Of a DNA stretch of 64,000 nucleotides, positions 38,611 to 50,062 are shown one piece after another (the stretch's first letter is position 1; every line of letters begins with the position of its first letter). Under the pieces are notes generated by a model. The model was not told where the DNA came from. It made no database searches and worked only from the letters and a program-made list of their open reading frames with translations. The translations under genes were made by a program, and so were the position numbers. Source of the stretch: an uncultured Alphaproteobacteria bacterium (GTDB lineage: Bacteria; Pseudomonadota; Alphaproteobacteria; SHNJ01); NCBI GenBank assembly GCA_964647725.1, contig CAZYJI010000003.1:70121-134120 (forward strand). The letters are read 5' to 3'.

Positions 38611-39285
38611 ATGAACTTTTCCCAAATTTTGAAAGAGCGCATTGCGCCTTTGAATCTGCTCAATCACCCATTTTACCAAACCTGGAACATGGGCGAATTG
38701 TCCAACGAAACATTGCAACATTATGCCGGACAATATTTCCATCATGTGTCTGCATTCCCCCGTTACATCAGCGCGACTCATTCGATCTGCGAAGATATTT
38801 CCAAGCGTAAATTATTGCTGGAAAACTTGGTCGACGAAGAAAACCGCGGCACCGATCATCCGGAATTATGGATGCAATTCGCCGAAGCTTTGGGCGCATC
38901 CCGCGAAGACGTGAAAAAAGCGGTCTTGGCTGGCGAAACCAAGCAATTGATCGAAACATTTTTCTCGTTCTGCCGTAACACCTATGCCGAAGGTTTGGCA
39001 TCGTTGTACGCGTACGAACATCAGATCCCGGAAATCGCCACCGTGAAAATCGACGGTTTGAAAAAATTCTATGGCGTTGAATCGGACCAAGGATTGAAAT
39101 TCTTTACCGTTCACCAAGAAGCCGACGTGTTTCACCGTGAAGCATGCGAAAAATTGCTGGATCAATTGAGCCCGGCCGAACAAGAACAGGCATTAAACGC
39201 CGCTGAAACCACCGCGAAAGCGTTGTGGAACTTCTTGTCGGGCGTTCAATCGACCTACGAATGCGCCTCTGGCTGCAAACATTAA
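38611..39285 (+). CDS. CADD-family diiron protein (CT610-like; candidate pABA synthase)
   Basis: HPFYQTWNMGELSNETLQHYAGQY, LVDEENRGTDHPELW, YAYEHQIPE and HQEADVFH (H-x3-D-x2-H) match the CADD dimetal ligand spacing. RBS GAGGAA upstream. Confidence 0.7.
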   Translation: MNFSQILKERIAPLNLLNHPFYQTWNMGELSNETLQHYAGQYFHHVSAFPRYISATHSICEDISKRKLLLENLVDEENRGTDHPELWMQFAEALGASREDVKKAVLAGETKQLIETFFSFCRNTYAEGLASLYAYEHQIPEIATVKIDGLKKFYGVESDQGLKFFTVHQEADVFHREACEKLLDQLSPAEQEQALNAAETTAKALWNFLSGVQSTYECASGCKH

Positions 39286-39313
39286 TAGACTTAACAGTCT
39301 GTTATCTGGAAAA

Positions 39314-39344
39314 GGGCGGGTTTATCCCGCCCTTTTTGTTTTTA
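39314..39344 (+). terminator. rho-independent terminator after the CADD gene
   Basis: gggcggg-tttat-cccgccc followed by tttttgttttt. Confidence 0.6.
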
Positions 39345-39403
39345 TCCCAGACCCCCGTTCCCTTGTTTGACTTTATCATTTCGGCAATAGTATAGTTCTT
39401 GAT

Positions 39404-40036
39404 ATGTTCGCAAAATTAAAAGGCATCCTGGATTCAACCGATACCGATACGATCATCATCGATGTCGGCGGTGTTGGGTATTTAGCCAGCGCATCACGCA
39501 AAACCATCGATCAATTGCCGGCAATCGGCCGGCCGGTCAGCGTGATTATCGACACGCATGTGCGTGAAGACAAAATTCAATTATTCGCGTTTCTAAGCGA
39601 ACAAGAACGCGACATGTTCCGTTTATTGCAAACATTGCAAGGCATCGGCGGCAAGGCCGCGTTATCCATTCTATCTGCACTGACTCCACAACAATTAATC
39701 GCCGCAATTGCATCCGGCGACAAGGCCGCCGTTGGCGAGGCCGATGGCATTGGCCCGAAACTGGCGTTGCGTGTGGTGACCGAATTAAAAGACAAAGTCG
39801 GCAAAATGGCGCTATCGTTTGTACCAGGCAAAACTGATGGACAAAGCGGCAATGCCGCAACCAATAATAATTCCTTGCCGCTAATTCATGCCGAAGATGC
39901 GATTTCGGCGCTGGTAAATCTTGGTTATACCCGCATGGATGCGTTCCGCGCGGTTGCGAATTTGGCTAAAACTTTGGATGCGGATACGCCGGTGCAGAAA
40001 ATTATTCCCGCCGCGCTCAAGGAATTGGCCGCATGA
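39404..40036 (+). CDS. ruvA: Holliday junction helicase subunit RuvA
   Basis: MFAKLKGIL ... GVGY ... LQGIGGKAALSIL. Confidence 0.9.
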   Translation: MFAKLKGILDSTDTDTIIIDVGGVGYLASASRKTIDQLPAIGRPVSVIIDTHVREDKIQLFAFLSEQERDMFRLLQTLQGIGGKAALSILSALTPQQLIAAIASGDKAAVGEADGIGPKLALRVVTELKDKVGKMALSFVPGKTDGQSGNAATNNNSLPLIHAEDAISALVNLGYTRMDAFRAVANLAKTLDADTPVQKIIPAALKELAA

Positions 40037-40109
40037 AAATCCTCCTTCGCCAAGGCTTCGGAGGACAGGCCGCTCACGTTTGTATTTTCAGTAAGAATGA
40101 AATATTGAA

Positions 40110-41144
40110 ATGAAAACTTCTACTGTCCTTTCTGCCGAACCGATTGAAACCGACGATGGGCGCGTTGAAAAATCTTTACGCCCCAACATGCTGGCCGAAT
40201 TTATCGGCCAGGACGATGTTTGCGACAATTTAAAAATCTTTATTTCCGGCGCGAATGCGCGGACCGAGGCGCTGGATCACGTTTTACTGCACGGCCCGCC
40301 AGGGCTTGGCAAAACCACGCTCGCGCAAATTATTGCCAAGGAAATGGGCGTCGGTTTCCGCGCCACATCCGGCCCGATTATTACCAAGGCCGGCGATCTG
40401 GCCGCGATCTTGACCAATTTACAACCGCGCGATGTTTTGTTTATCGATGAAATTCACCGCCTAAATCCGGCGGTCGAAGAAGTTTTATATCCCGCGATGG
40501 AAGATTTCCAATTGGATTTAATGATCGGCGAAGGTCCATCCGCGCGCAGTGTGCGCATCGATTTACCGCCATTTACACTGGTTGCCGCAACCACGCGCAC
40601 CGGCTTGATGACAACCCCCTTGCGCGAACGGTTTGGCATTCCACTGCGTTTGAATTTTTATGAATCTAGCCATCTGCAGGATATTATTTTACGTTCCTCC
40701 AAATTATTACAAATGAATTTGACCGGCGATGGATCAATGGAAATCGCCAAGCGGTCGCGCGGCACGCCACGCGTCGCGGGACGCTTGCTTCGCCGGGTGC
40801 GCGATTTCGCCGATCATATCAAGGCCAAATCCATCGACGCCAAAATTGCCGATGAAGCATTGAAACGCCTGGATGTCGACGGCAAGGGTTTGGACAGCAT
40901 GGACCGGAAATTCCTGTCTTGCATTGCCGAGGTTTATCGCGGCGGCCCGGTCGGGATCGAAACCCTCGCCGCTTATCTTGCGGAACAGCGCGATACGCTG
41001 GAAGATGTGATTGAACCTTATTTGATTCAACAAGGCTTATTACAACGCACCTCGCGGGGACGAGTCTTGACCGATCAGGGTTTTACCTATGTCGGCCTAA
41101 CCCCGCCCCCACGTCCAACCGAGCAATTGGGCCTGACGGAATAG
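40110..41144 (+). CDS. ruvB: Holliday junction helicase RuvB
   Basis: [17 protein letters not shown] ... LFIDEIHRL. Confidence 0.95.
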   Translation: MKTSTVLSAEPIETDDGRVEKSLRPNMLAEFIGQDDVCDNLKIFISGANARTEALDHVLLHGPPGLGKTTLAQIIAKEMGVGFRATSGPIITKAGDLAAILTNLQPRDVLFIDEIHRLNPAVEEVLYPAMEDFQLDLMIGEGPSARSVRIDLPPFTLVAATTRTGLMTTPLRERFGIPLRLNFYESSHLQDIILRSSKLLQMNLTGDGSMEIAKRSRGTPRVAGRLLRRVRDFADHIKAKSIDAKIADEALKRLDVDGKGLDSMDRKFLSCIAEVYRGGPVGIETLAAYLAEQRDTLEDVIEPYLIQQGLLQRTSRGRVLTDQGFTYVGLTPPPRPTEQLGLTE

Positions 41145-41184
41145 TCATTTTAAAAACCGCCAAATCCGTCTATAACCCTTTGTT

Positions 41185-41646
41185 ATGTCTAATCCCACAG
41201 TTCATTTATCCGGCCATTTCAACGGTTTTACCCATCATCTGCCCCAGCGCGTCTATTACGCCGAAACCGATGCTGGCGGCGTGATGTATCACGCGTCATA
41301 CCTGAACCTGGCCGAACGGGCGCGGATGGAATTTTTACGTTTGCTTGGCCATAGTGTGATTGAAATTTCAGAAAAAAACGGCCTTATTTTTGCCTTAAGA
41401 CATTGCGAAATTGATTTTTTAGCGCCCGCTTTTTTGGACGATCTGCTTCTAATTGAAAGCACGATTGTCGAGATGGGTGGCGCGAGCCTGAAATTCCGCC
41501 AAGTTATCAACAGAAACGCGGAAAGCGGGCTGATACGGCTTGCGGAGTTGAATGTAACCTTGGTTGCGATCACCAAAGATGCTAAAGCAACCCGGATTCC
41601 AGATTCCTTGCGGAAGGATTTGGAAAAAATGGTAGAGGAGAAATAA
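41185..41646 (+). CDS. ybgC: Tol-Pal-associated acyl-CoA thioesterase YbgC
   Basis: Hot-dog fold (YAETDAGGVMYHASYL) at the first position of the tol cluster. Confidence 0.8.
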   Translation: MSNPTVHLSGHFNGFTHHLPQRVYYAETDAGGVMYHASYLNLAERARMEFLRLLGHSVIEISEKNGLIFALRHCEIDFLAPAFLDDLLLIESTIVEMGGASLKFRQVINRNAESGLIRLAELNVTLVAITKDAKATRIPDSLRKDLEKMVEEK

Positions 41647-42387
41647 ATGACCGCCAATATCGTCGATGCCGTGAATTTGGGTGGCAATGCGGCCGCCATG
41701 GATCTTTCGATCCTGGGTTTGTTTTTGCAGGCCGATTGGATTGTGAAAAGCGTAATGTTGGTTTTGCTGTTCGCTTCGCTGTGGAGCTGGGCGATCATTT
41801 TCGACAAAGTTTTGCGGCTGAAAAAATTATTTCGCCTTGCCGATAAATTCGAAGACACATTTTGGTCCGGCCGTTCACTCGAAGAATTGCATGACAAAGT
41901 CGGCAATCGACCAACCGATCCGATGGCGGCAATTTTCGCCGCCGCGATGGGCGAATGGAAACGCGTAGCCGGCAATGTTCGTGGTGCGGTGACGCATTTG
42001 GCGCAAACCGGCAGCGTGCAAACCCGCATCGACCGCGTGATGCAAGTAACCTTGGGCCGCGAATTGGAACGGGTACAGCGGCAAATGACTTTCCTGGCGT
42101 CGATTGGATCTACCGCGCCGTTTATCGGCTTGTTCGGCACGGTGTGGGGCATTATGAACAGCTTCGCATCCATTGCCGCATCGAAAAATACATCCCTGGC
42201 CGTCGTTGCGCCCGGCATTGCCGAGGCGTTGTTTGCAACCGCGCTTGGATTGGTGGCTGCGATTCCGGCCGTTGTCGCGTACAATAAAATTTCATCCGAC
42301 ATTGAACGTTATGCCAACAAACTCGAAGGCTTTGCCGGCGAATTCAGCGCCATTCTTTCCCGCCGTTTAGACGAAAAGGCGGCATAA
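41647..42387 (+). CDS. tolQ: TolQ
   Basis: MotA/TolQ/ExbB topology and motifs. Confidence 0.9.
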   Translation: MTANIVDAVNLGGNAAAMDLSILGLFLQADWIVKSVMLVLLFASLWSWAIIFDKVLRLKKLFRLADKFEDTFWSGRSLEELHDKVGNRPTDPMAAIFAAAMGEWKRVAGNVRGAVTHLAQTGSVQTRIDRVMQVTLGRELERVQRQMTFLASIGSTAPFIGLFGTVWGIMNSFASIAASKNTSLAVVAPGIAEALFATALGLVAAIPAVVAYNKISSDIERYANKLEGFAGEFSAILSRRLDEKAA

Positions 42388-42831
42388 ATGGCGATGGGCG
42401 GCGTCAAAAGATCTTATCGTTCCAGGCGGCATTTCACGCCGATGGCGGAAATCAACGTAACGCCGCTGGTGGATGTCATGCTGGTATTGCTGGTGATCTT
42501 TATGATCACCGCGCCATTATTGACCGTGGGCGTGCCGGTCGATTTGCCACAAAGCGATGCGCCCGCGATTAACGAACAAACCGAACCATTGGTCGTCAGC
42601 ATCGACAGTTCGGGCAAAATTTATTTGCAAGAAACGCCATTGACGCAACGCGAATTGATTCCGCGATTAAAAGCCATTTCCAAGAAAAAAGCCGAACAAC
42701 GCATTTATGTGCGCGGCGATAAAAAAATCGCCTATGGCAAAGTAATGGAAGTGATGGGATTGATCAGCGCCGCCGGATTCGACAAAGTCGCGTTAGTCGC
42801 CGAAATGCCAGATACCGGGGCAAAGAAATAG
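42388..42831 (+). CDS. tolR: TolR
   Basis: ExbD/TolR; [18 protein letters not shown]. Confidence 0.85.
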   Translation: MAMGGVKRSYRSRRHFTPMAEINVTPLVDVMLVLLVIFMITAPLLTVGVPVDLPQSDAPAINEQTEPLVVSIDSSGKIYLQETPLTQRELIPRLKAISKKKAEQRIYVRGDKKIAYGKVMEVMGLISAAGFDKVALVAEMPDTGAKK

Positions 42832-43701
42832 ATGTCCGCCGCAGCGCACGCCTATAATGGGGAATGGTTGCGAATTCCGCAAAGCGAAGGTTTGCAAACA
42901 GGATTTATATTTTCGGCCATTCTGCATGTCGCGGTTATTGTTTTCTCCCTGGTCGCTCTGCCGAACCTGACTGACAGTCTGCCGCCTTTGCCCGCGCCGA
43001 CGATTGTCGATATCGTGCCGATTGCCGATATCACCAATTTACCGCCAATGCCAAAACCGGTTGCGCAAAAGAAAATCGAAACCAAAAATCTGGAACCCGC
43101 CCCAAAACCCGAAGCGGTTCCGGCGCCGCCGCAGCCGAAAACCGAGCTGGATAAAATGACGCCGAAACCGGATCCGAAATTGAAACCGGACAAACCGCTG
43201 GAAAAATTAAAAAAAGACGAGAAAAAAGCGCAGCCAGATCCCAACGATTTCGAATCAGTCCTTGAAACGGTAGAAAAATTCAAATCGAAACCAAGCGCGG
43301 CAACCGAAAATCCAACGCCGCCCACCCCGCCAGCGGAAACGAAATCCAGCGCCGAAGGCCAGCCATTTATTCCATCGCTTCCGATCAGCATCAGCGATAT
43401 GGACGCGTTGCGCCGCCAGATCGAAGCGTGCTGGAATCTGCCGGCTGGCGCCAAAAATCCCGAAGATTTGGTGGTATTGGTTTGGGTATCGTTAAATCCC
43501 GATGGCACATTGATCCAGGCCAAAGTTGTGGATGATAAAGGCCGCGCCGCTTATGATCCATATTACCGCGCCGCCGCCGAATCCGCCTTGCGCGCATTGT
43601 TAAATCCGCGCTGCACGCCGTTAAAACTGCCGCCTGAAAAATATCAGCAGTGGAAGACCATGACGATCAATTTCGATCCACGGCAAATGCTGGGATTATA
43701 A
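42832..43701 (+). CDS. tolA: TolA
   Basis: N-terminal TM, Pro/Lys-rich linker and a TolA C-terminal domain. Confidence 0.7.
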   Translation: MSAAAHAYNGEWLRIPQSEGLQTGFIFSAILHVAVIVFSLVALPNLTDSLPPLPAPTIVDIVPIADITNLPPMPKPVAQKKIETKNLEPAPKPEAVPAPPQPKTELDKMTPKPDPKLKPDKPLEKLKKDEKKAQPDPNDFESVLETVEKFKSKPSAATENPTPPTPPAETKSSAEGQPFIPSLPISISDMDALRRQIEACWNLPAGAKNPEDLVVLVWVSLNPDGTLIQAKVVDDKGRAAYDPYYRAAAESALRALLNPRCTPLKLPPEKYQQWKTMTINFDPRQMLGL

Positions 43702-43788
43702 GGCAGTTATCCCATATTGCTTTTTTATAAAGATCCCGTACATTCTTTTTACCTTCTTCTTACCACAATTATCCGGCATATATTTTCC

Positions 43789-45108
43789 ATGAAAAAATTC
43801 CTTACCTTTATTTTTGCCTTTACCGTTTTATTGCACGCCGCTGCGGCTCGCGCCGAATTAAAAGTGGACATTACCCGCGGCGTTGCCGATCCTATTCCAA
43901 TTGCGATTACCGATTTTTACGCCAAAAATCCGGCGCAAAACCAAGCCGGCAAAGAAGTCGCCGATGTTATTCGCAACAATTTGAAACGTTCGGGATTGTT
44001 CGAACCGATCGACCAAGCCGCCTATATCCAATCCCCTGCCGCTTTGCAATTGCAACCGCGTTTCGCCGACTGGCGCGCCATCAACGCGCAGGCATTGGTC
44101 AGCGGAACGGTGGAATTGCAATCTGACGGCAGATTGCGCGTGGAATTCCGTTTGTGGGACGTATTCGCCGAACAACAAATGGTAGGATTGGCTTATTTCA
44201 CGCCGCCAAACAACTGGCGCCGCATATCGCACATCGTATCGGATGCGATTTATAAACGCATTACCGGCGAAGAAGGATATTTCGACACCCGCATCGTTTA
44301 TGTTTCCGAAAGTGGCATTGCCAACAAACGGATCAAGCGCCTCGCGATCATGGATCAAGACGGCGCGAATCACCGGTTCCTAACCGATGGCCGCAGCCTG
44401 GTTTTAACACCGCGTTTTTCGCCATCGACCCAGGAAATCACCTATTTGGCATTTTACCGCAACCGTCCGCGCGTCTATTTGTTGAATATCGACACGGGCC
44501 GCGAAGAAGTTTTGGGTGATTTTCCGGGCATGACATTCGCCCCACGTTTTTCAACCGACGGTCGTAAAGTATTGATGTCTTTATCCGACGATGGCAACAC
44601 CGACATTCATTCCATGGATTTGAACACGCGCCAAACGCGCCGTTTGACTGACCATCCATCGATCGATACATCGCCATCTTACTCACCAGATGGCAAGCAA
44701 GTGGTATTCAATTCCGATCGCGGCGGATCGCAACAGCTTTACACCATGAATGCCGATGGCAGCGATGTGAAACGCATCAGCTTTGGCCGCGGTAAATATG
44801 CAACGCCAGTTTGGTCGCCACGCGGCGATTTGATCGCCTTTACCAAGTTTCTGGAAGGCAGTTTCTATATCGGCGTCATGCGCGCCGATGGATCTGGGGA
44901 AAGATTGTTATCCGAAAGCTATTTGGAAGAAGGCCCTACATGGGCTCCAAATGGCCGGGTTTTAATGTTCTATCGCCAAGGCCGCATGGATTCCAATGGC
45001 AGCACCCAGGCCAAACTCTATTCGGTTGATTTGACCGGCAAAAATCTACAACTTATCCCAACCCCTATGGATGCATCGGATCCTGCATGGTCCCCCTTGA
45101 TTCCATAG
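43789..45108 (+). CDS. tolB: TolB
   Basis: Signal peptide followed by TolB N-terminal and beta-propeller repeats. Start trimmed to MKKFLTF. Confidence 0.9.
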   Translation: MKKFLTFIFAFTVLLHAAAARAELKVDITRGVADPIPIAITDFYAKNPAQNQAGKEVADVIRNNLKRSGLFEPIDQAAYIQSPAALQLQPRFADWRAINAQALVSGTVELQSDGRLRVEFRLWDVFAEQQMVGLAYFTPPNNWRRISHIVSDAIYKRITGEEGYFDTRIVYVSESGIANKRIKRLAIMDQDGANHRFLTDGRSLVLTPRFSPSTQEITYLAFYRNRPRVYLLNIDTGREEVLGDFPGMTFAPRFSTDGRKVLMSLSDDGNTDIHSMDLNTRQTRRLTDHPSIDTSPSYSPDGKQVVFNSDRGGSQQLYTMNADGSDVKRISFGRGKYATPVWSPRGDLIAFTKFLEGSFYIGVMRADGSGERLLSESYLEEGPTWAPNGRVLMFYRQGRMDSNGSTQAKLYSVDLTGKNLQLIPTPMDASDPAWSPLIP

Positions 45109-45213
45109 GCTAAAAACTCTATAACTAACCACATACCGACCACATAAAAGCCACGGTTCTGGCCGATACATGCGAACCAAAGTTTTGTTTTATAACCACA
45201 AAGGGGCACTCCT

Positions 45214-45729
45214 ATGCGTTTACGTCTTCTTACCATCATAGCTGCGATGTTGCTGGTTACCGCCTGCACATCAACCACTGACTCCTCCGGATCCGTTTCC
45301 GGCGACGGTCAAGGCACCGGCGGCAAAGCCGGCATCAACCGCGCTGATGTTACACCTGGCACCCAAGACGATTTGGTATTGAATGTCGGCGATCGCGTAT
45401 TCTTTGAATATGATCGTTATGATTTGAATTCCGAATCCAAATCCACCTTGGAGCGTCAAGCAACCTGGCTGAAAAAATTTGGCAATTTGAAAATTACCAT
45501 CGAAGGCCATGCCGACGAACGCGGTACCCGCGAATACAACTTGGCGTTGGGTGAACGCCGTGCGATCGCGGTAAAAGACTATTTGGTCAGTCTGGGCATC
45601 CCAGCCGGCCGTTTGGAAACGATTTCGTTTGGCAAAGAACGTCCAGCCGTTTTGGGCTCGGATGAATCTTCCTGGACTCAAAATCGCCGCTCGGTGACAA
45701 CGCTGAAAGGCGCTTCGCCGACTTCCTAA
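45214..45729 (+). CDS. pal: peptidoglycan-associated lipoprotein Pal
   Basis: Lipobox LVTAC and an OmpA_C domain (NLALGERRA). Confidence 0.9.
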   Translation: MRLRLLTIIAAMLLVTACTSTTDSSGSVSGDGQGTGGKAGINRADVTPGTQDDLVLNVGDRVFFEYDRYDLNSESKSTLERQATWLKKFGNLKITIEGHADERGTREYNLALGERRAIAVKDYLVSLGIPAGRLETISFGKERPAVLGSDESSWTQNRRSVTTLKGASPTS

Positions 45730-45839
45730 TTCCTTAGGGAAATCCGATGAAAACAGCCGCTTTATGCGGCTGTTTTTTTGCCTTTTTTCAGGCCCAATTC
45801 TACGTTATCCTACGCTTCCTCCCAACCATAGGTTTTATC

Positions 45840-46703
45840 ATGCGCTGGATTTTTATCGTTATTTGTTTTTTGTTGCTGGCTCCTGCATTTTCCTGGGCCG
45901 ACGATTTACAAGTTGTGGTTGACCGAATCGACCGGATGGAACGCGACATGCAAAATATGCAAATGGAAGTATTTCGCGGCGATGGGTCCGCCCCCGAAGG
46001 CGCGCGCAAGGGCGGCAATCTGGATTCTTCCGCCCTCAGCCGTTTAGACAGCCGTTTGAGCACGCTCGAAAAAAGCATGCGCGATTTAACCGGCAAGGTG
46101 GAAGAATTAAATCATGGCATGGCCAACCAACAAAAATTCCAAGACAAAGCCTTGACCGATATGGAACTTCGCCTGCAAGGTCTGGAACAAAAACTTCAAG
46201 CGCTAAATGCCCCGGCGCAAAATCCGGGCGAGCTGGCGATCAATAACGCGCCTGCCGACCTAACTCAGCCGATTGTCCCGCCCACACAACCAGCCGCGAA
46301 CAGCGATCCCAAAGTATTATACGATCAATCAATCGCGCAATTGCAAAAGGCCGATTATGTGGGCGCCGAAACTGCATTCCGCGATTTTATCAAACAAAAT
46401 CCGGATCATGCGCTTACCGGCAATGCGCAATATTGGCTGGGTGAAAGTTTTTATGTGCGTGGCGATTTTAAATCCGCCGCGGTCGAGTTTTTAAAAGCCT
46501 ATAAACAATATCCCAAAGGCACCAAGGCGCCGGATAGTTTATTGAAACTGGGATTATCGTTAGCGAATTTGGAAAATAAAAAAGAAGCCTGCGCCAGTTT
46601 TGGAAAACTGTCCAAGGAATTCCCCAATGCCAGCGACAGCATAAAGGCGCGCGCCGATGGCGAGGCCAAGAAATTGAAATGCAGCGGCGCGAAACAGGGA
46701 TAA
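45840..46703 (+). CDS. cpoB: Tol-Pal system protein YbgF/CpoB
   Basis: Signal peptide, coiled coil and C-terminal TPR repeats. Confidence 0.8.
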   Translation: MRWIFIVICFLLLAPAFSWADDLQVVVDRIDRMERDMQNMQMEVFRGDGSAPEGARKGGNLDSSALSRLDSRLSTLEKSMRDLTGKVEELNHGMANQQKFQDKALTDMELRLQGLEQKLQALNAPAQNPGELAINNAPADLTQPIVPPTQPAANSDPKVLYDQSIAQLQKADYVGAETAFRDFIKQNPDHALTGNAQYWLGESFYVRGDFKSAAVEFLKAYKQYPKGTKAPDSLLKLGLSLANLENKKEACASFGKLSKEFPNASDSIKARADGEAKKLKCSGAKQG

Positions 46704-46704
46704 T

Positions 46705-48051
46705 GTGACTGAGGCGTCTCCCCTTCTGCATCAAGAATTTTCGAATCTGTTCGATACGCTGGGCCCATTTGCGGCAAAGCCGGTAATTGCCGTTGCTGTT
46801 TCTGGTGGGGCCGACAGTATGGCGCTTTGTTTGCTAGCCAATGAATGGGCAGCGCAAAAAGGCGGCAAAATCATTGCGATCACCGTTGATCATGGCTTGC
46901 GCCCAGAATCTGCGGCCGAAGCCAGCCAAGTGCATAACTGGTTAAATGCGCGCGGGATTGAACATCATATTCTACGCTGGGAAAAAGAAAAAAATCCTAC
47001 CGGCAATATTCAAGAACTCGCCCGCGAGGCGCGGTTTCAATTATTGACCGATTTCTGCACGCAAAAACAAATTATCGATTTATGTCTGGGCCACCACCAA
47101 GGCGATGTGGCTGAAAATTTTCTGATTCGCCTTTCGCGCGGCAGCGGTGTTTATGGTTTGGCGGCGATGACGCCAATTTCCAATCGCGATGGGATTCGTA
47201 TTTTACGTCCCCTGTTGGATATTCCAAAACCCCGTTTGATTGCGACATTAAAAACGCTTGGCCAAGCCTGGATCGAAGATCCCAGCAACGACAATGATGA
47301 TTTTCTGCGCGTGCAATTCCGCAAACATCAGGCCTTATTCGACTCCCTGGGCCTAACCGCGCATCGTTTGGTGGAAACCGCGAAAAATATGCTGCGCGCC
47401 AAAGATGCCATCGTCGCGCAAGTCGCGGATGCCACGGCATTATGCGTTGTGATTGACGATTTGGGGTACGCAAAAGTTGATCGTCAGAAGCTTGCTCAAT
47501 TTCCAATGGAAATCGGTCTGCGGCTGCTCGCGGATACTTTGACCCACATTGGCGGCAAAGACATAACTCCACGATTGGATAGTCTTGAAAATTTGTACCG
47601 GGAATTAATCGCACCAGGCCATAAAGCAACCAAAACTTTATCCGGCTGCATTATTGAAATGGATTCCACCATTTTCATTTATCGCGAATTTGGATTGATT
47701 GATGATAAAATTCCCATCATCCCCGGACAAAAATCGGTTTTATGGGATGGAAGATTTCGCATCGATTGGTCATTGAAGACGGCGCCAGGTAATCTATATA
47801 TTGGTCCAGTTACCGAAAAAGGCTGGGCCAATGCCGTACAAACCTGCCCCGATTTGCGCGCAGCGCCGATTCACCATATGGCGCGGCTCGGCCTTCCTGC
47901 TTTGTGGGAACAAAAAAACAGCAACGAGGACTTGTCTTTGGACGAAATTCTGGCCATCCCGCATCTAAATTATTGGAAAAACGCCGAAATTAGCGGCCTA
48001 AAACCGCATTTGCGGCTATATTTCCATCCCCAACACAAGATTGCCGCGTAA
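46705..48051 (+). CDS. tilS: tRNA(Ile)-lysidine synthetase
   Basis: PP-loop SGGADS. Confidence 0.85.
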   Translation: MTEASPLLHQEFSNLFDTLGPFAAKPVIAVAVSGGADSMALCLLANEWAAQKGGKIIAITVDHGLRPESAAEASQVHNWLNARGIEHHILRWEKEKNPTGNIQELAREARFQLLTDFCTQKQIIDLCLGHHQGDVAENFLIRLSRGSGVYGLAAMTPISNRDGIRILRPLLDIPKPRLIATLKTLGQAWIEDPSNDNDDFLRVQFRKHQALFDSLGLTAHRLVETAKNMLRAKDAIVAQVADATALCVVIDDLGYAKVDRQKLAQFPMEIGLRLLADTLTHIGGKDITPRLDSLENLYRELIAPGHKATKTLSGCIIEMDSTIFIYREFGLIDDKIPIIPGQKSVLWDGRFRIDWSLKTAPGNLYIGPVTEKGWANAVQTCPDLRAAPIHHMARLGLPALWEQKNSNEDLSLDEILAIPHLNYWKNAEISGLKPHLRLYFHPQHKIAA

Positions 48052-48128
48052 CGCGGGTTTCATATGACTGCGGGGGAAAAAATTGCTATGGTTGCAGTCT
48101 ATTATTGTTCGATGAAAGGATCTGTCTC

Positions 48129-50036
48129 GTGAATCAGTTCGGTCGTAATATCGCCTTTTGGATTATTATCGGTTTGTTGGTTTTGGCGTTAGTCAATATT
48201 TTCCAAGGCTCCACGCTCCACCCGCAATCGTCCAGTATTCCGTTTTCCGAATTTCTGAAAAAAGTGCAGAATAACGAAGTCGCCGAAGTGATGATTCGCG
48301 GCCAAAATATTAGCGGCCGCACCGTGACCAATTCCAATATCACAACCTATTCGCCATATGATCCAAATTTGATCGAAAAACTGGAAAAGGCTGGTGTTGT
48401 TATCAACGCTGCCCCGCCGGAAGAAGGCGCGACCGGATTTTGGGCGATCTTTATTTCCTGGTTCCCGATGTTGTTGTGCATCGGCGTGTGGATTTTCTTT
48501 ATGCGCCAAATGCAGGGCGGCGCGGGCAAGGCCATGGGTTTCGGAAAAAGTCGTGCCAAATTATTGAATGAAAAATCCGGCCGCGTGACATTCGAAGACG
48601 TTGCCGGCATCGACGAAGCCAAAGGCGAATTAGAAGAAGTCGTCGATTTCCTGAAAGATCCGCAAAAATTTCAGCGCCTGGGCGGCAAAATTCCAAAAGG
48701 CGTTTTATTGGTCGGCCCTCCCGGCACTGGTAAAACCTTATTGGCCCGCGCCATTGCTGGCGAAGCCAATGTGCCGTTTTTCACCATTTCCGGTTCCGAT
48801 TTTGTGGAAATGTTCGTCGGCGTCGGCGCATCCCGCGTGCGCGATATGTTCGAACAGGGCAAGAAAAATGCCCCATGCATTATTTTCATCGATGAAATCG
48901 ACGCGGTCGGCCGTCATCGTGGTTTTGGCCATGGCGGTGGCAACGATGAACGCGAACAGACATTGAACCAATTGCTGGTGGAAATGGATGGTTTCGAATC
49001 GAATGAAGGCGTGATTATTATCGCCGCCACCAACCGTCCGGATGTTTTGGATCCGGCATTACTGCGTCCAGGCCGTTTTGACCGGCAAATCACCGTGCCA
49101 AATCCAGACATCAATGGCCGCGAGAAAATTTTAAAAGTCCACATGCGCAAAATCCCGTTGGCGCAAGACGTCGATCCAAAAACCTTGGCTCGCGGTACGC
49201 CTGGATTTTCTGGTGCTGACTTATCAAATCTTGTCAACGAAGCGGCCCTGATGGCCGCGCGCAAGGGCAAACGCGCCGTCGGTATGGGCGAATTCGAAGC
49301 AGCCAAAGACAAAGTTATGATGGGATCCGAACGCCGTTCCATGGCGATGAGCGATGAGGAGAAAAAACTCACCGCCTATCACGAGGCCGGACACGCGATC
49401 CTCGCGCTACACAGCCCCGATTCCGATCCGATTCACAAGGCCACGATTATCCCGCGCGGCCGCGCGTTGGGTATGGTAATGCGCTTGCCGGAAAATGACC
49501 GGTACTCGGTTTCCCGCGCCAAATTAAAGGCCGATTTATGCGTTGCCATGGGTGGCCGCATCGCCGAAGGATTGATTTTCGGCGAAGAAAAAGTCACCAC
49601 CGGCGCATCATCCGATATCCGCATGGTCACCGATATGGCGCGCCGCATGATCACCGAATGGGGTATGAGCGATAAATTAGGTTTCCTCGCCTATGCCGAT
49701 TCCGACAACGAAGTTTATTTGGGCCACAGCATGGGCCGCGCCCGCGCCGTATCCGAAGACACATCGAAAATGGTCGACGCCGAAATCAAAATATTGGTCG
49801 ATGAAACTTATGCTAAGGCGGAAAAAATCCTGAAAGACAATATGGATCAACTGCATGGCCTCGCTAATGCATTGCTAGAATATGAGACACTGTCTGGCGA
49901 TGAAATCCGCGCGGTATTGCGCGGTGAAAAATTGGAAAAAGACCGCTTATTGCATTCCGATCGCGCCGCAGGGAAACGCAAATCCAGCATCCCAGGCGCC
50001 GGTACCAGCACGCCAGATGCGCCAGCCGCAGAATAA
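48129..50036 (+). CDS. ftsH: ATP-dependent zinc metalloprotease FtsH
   Basis: AAA motifs and HEAGH. GTG start at [10 protein letters not shown] is preferred over the upstream ATG of the ORF track. Confidence 0.95.
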   Translation: MNQFGRNIAFWIIIGLLVLALVNIFQGSTLHPQSSSIPFSEFLKKVQNNEVAEVMIRGQNISGRTVTNSNITTYSPYDPNLIEKLEKAGVVINAAPPEEGATGFWAIFISWFPMLLCIGVWIFFMRQMQGGAGKAMGFGKSRAKLLNEKSGRVTFEDVAGIDEAKGELEEVVDFLKDPQKFQRLGGKIPKGVLLVGPPGTGKTLLARAIAGEANVPFFTISGSDFVEMFVGVGASRVRDMFEQGKKNAPCIIFIDEIDAVGRHRGFGHGGGNDEREQTLNQLLVEMDGFESNEGVIIIAATNRPDVLDPALLRPGRFDRQITVPNPDINGREKILKVHMRKIPLAQDVDPKTLARGTPGFSGADLSNLVNEAALMAARKGKRAVGMGEFEAAKDKVMMGSERRSMAMSDEEKKLTAYHEAGHAILALHSPDSDPIHKATIIPRGRALGMVMRLPENDRYSVSRAKLKADLCVAMGGRIAEGLIFGEEKVTTGASSDIRMVTDMARRMITEWGMSDKLGFLAYADSDNEVYLGHSMGRARAVSEDTSKMVDAEIKILVDETYAKAEKILKDNMDQLHGLANALLEYETLSGDEIRAVLRGEKLEKDRLLHSDRAAGKRKSSIPGAGTSTPDAPAAE

Positions 50037-50062
50037 AGGCTTGGGTTTAGGAAATTAATCAT

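Noticed and set aside
41289-42302. 337-aa minus-strand ORF
   Set aside because: Antisense to ybgC/tolQ, whose identities are secure. No recognisable domains.
42852-43523. 223-aa minus-strand ORF
   Set aside because: Antisense to tolA; Gly/Ser-rich low complexity that mirrors the Pro/Lys-rich TolA linker.
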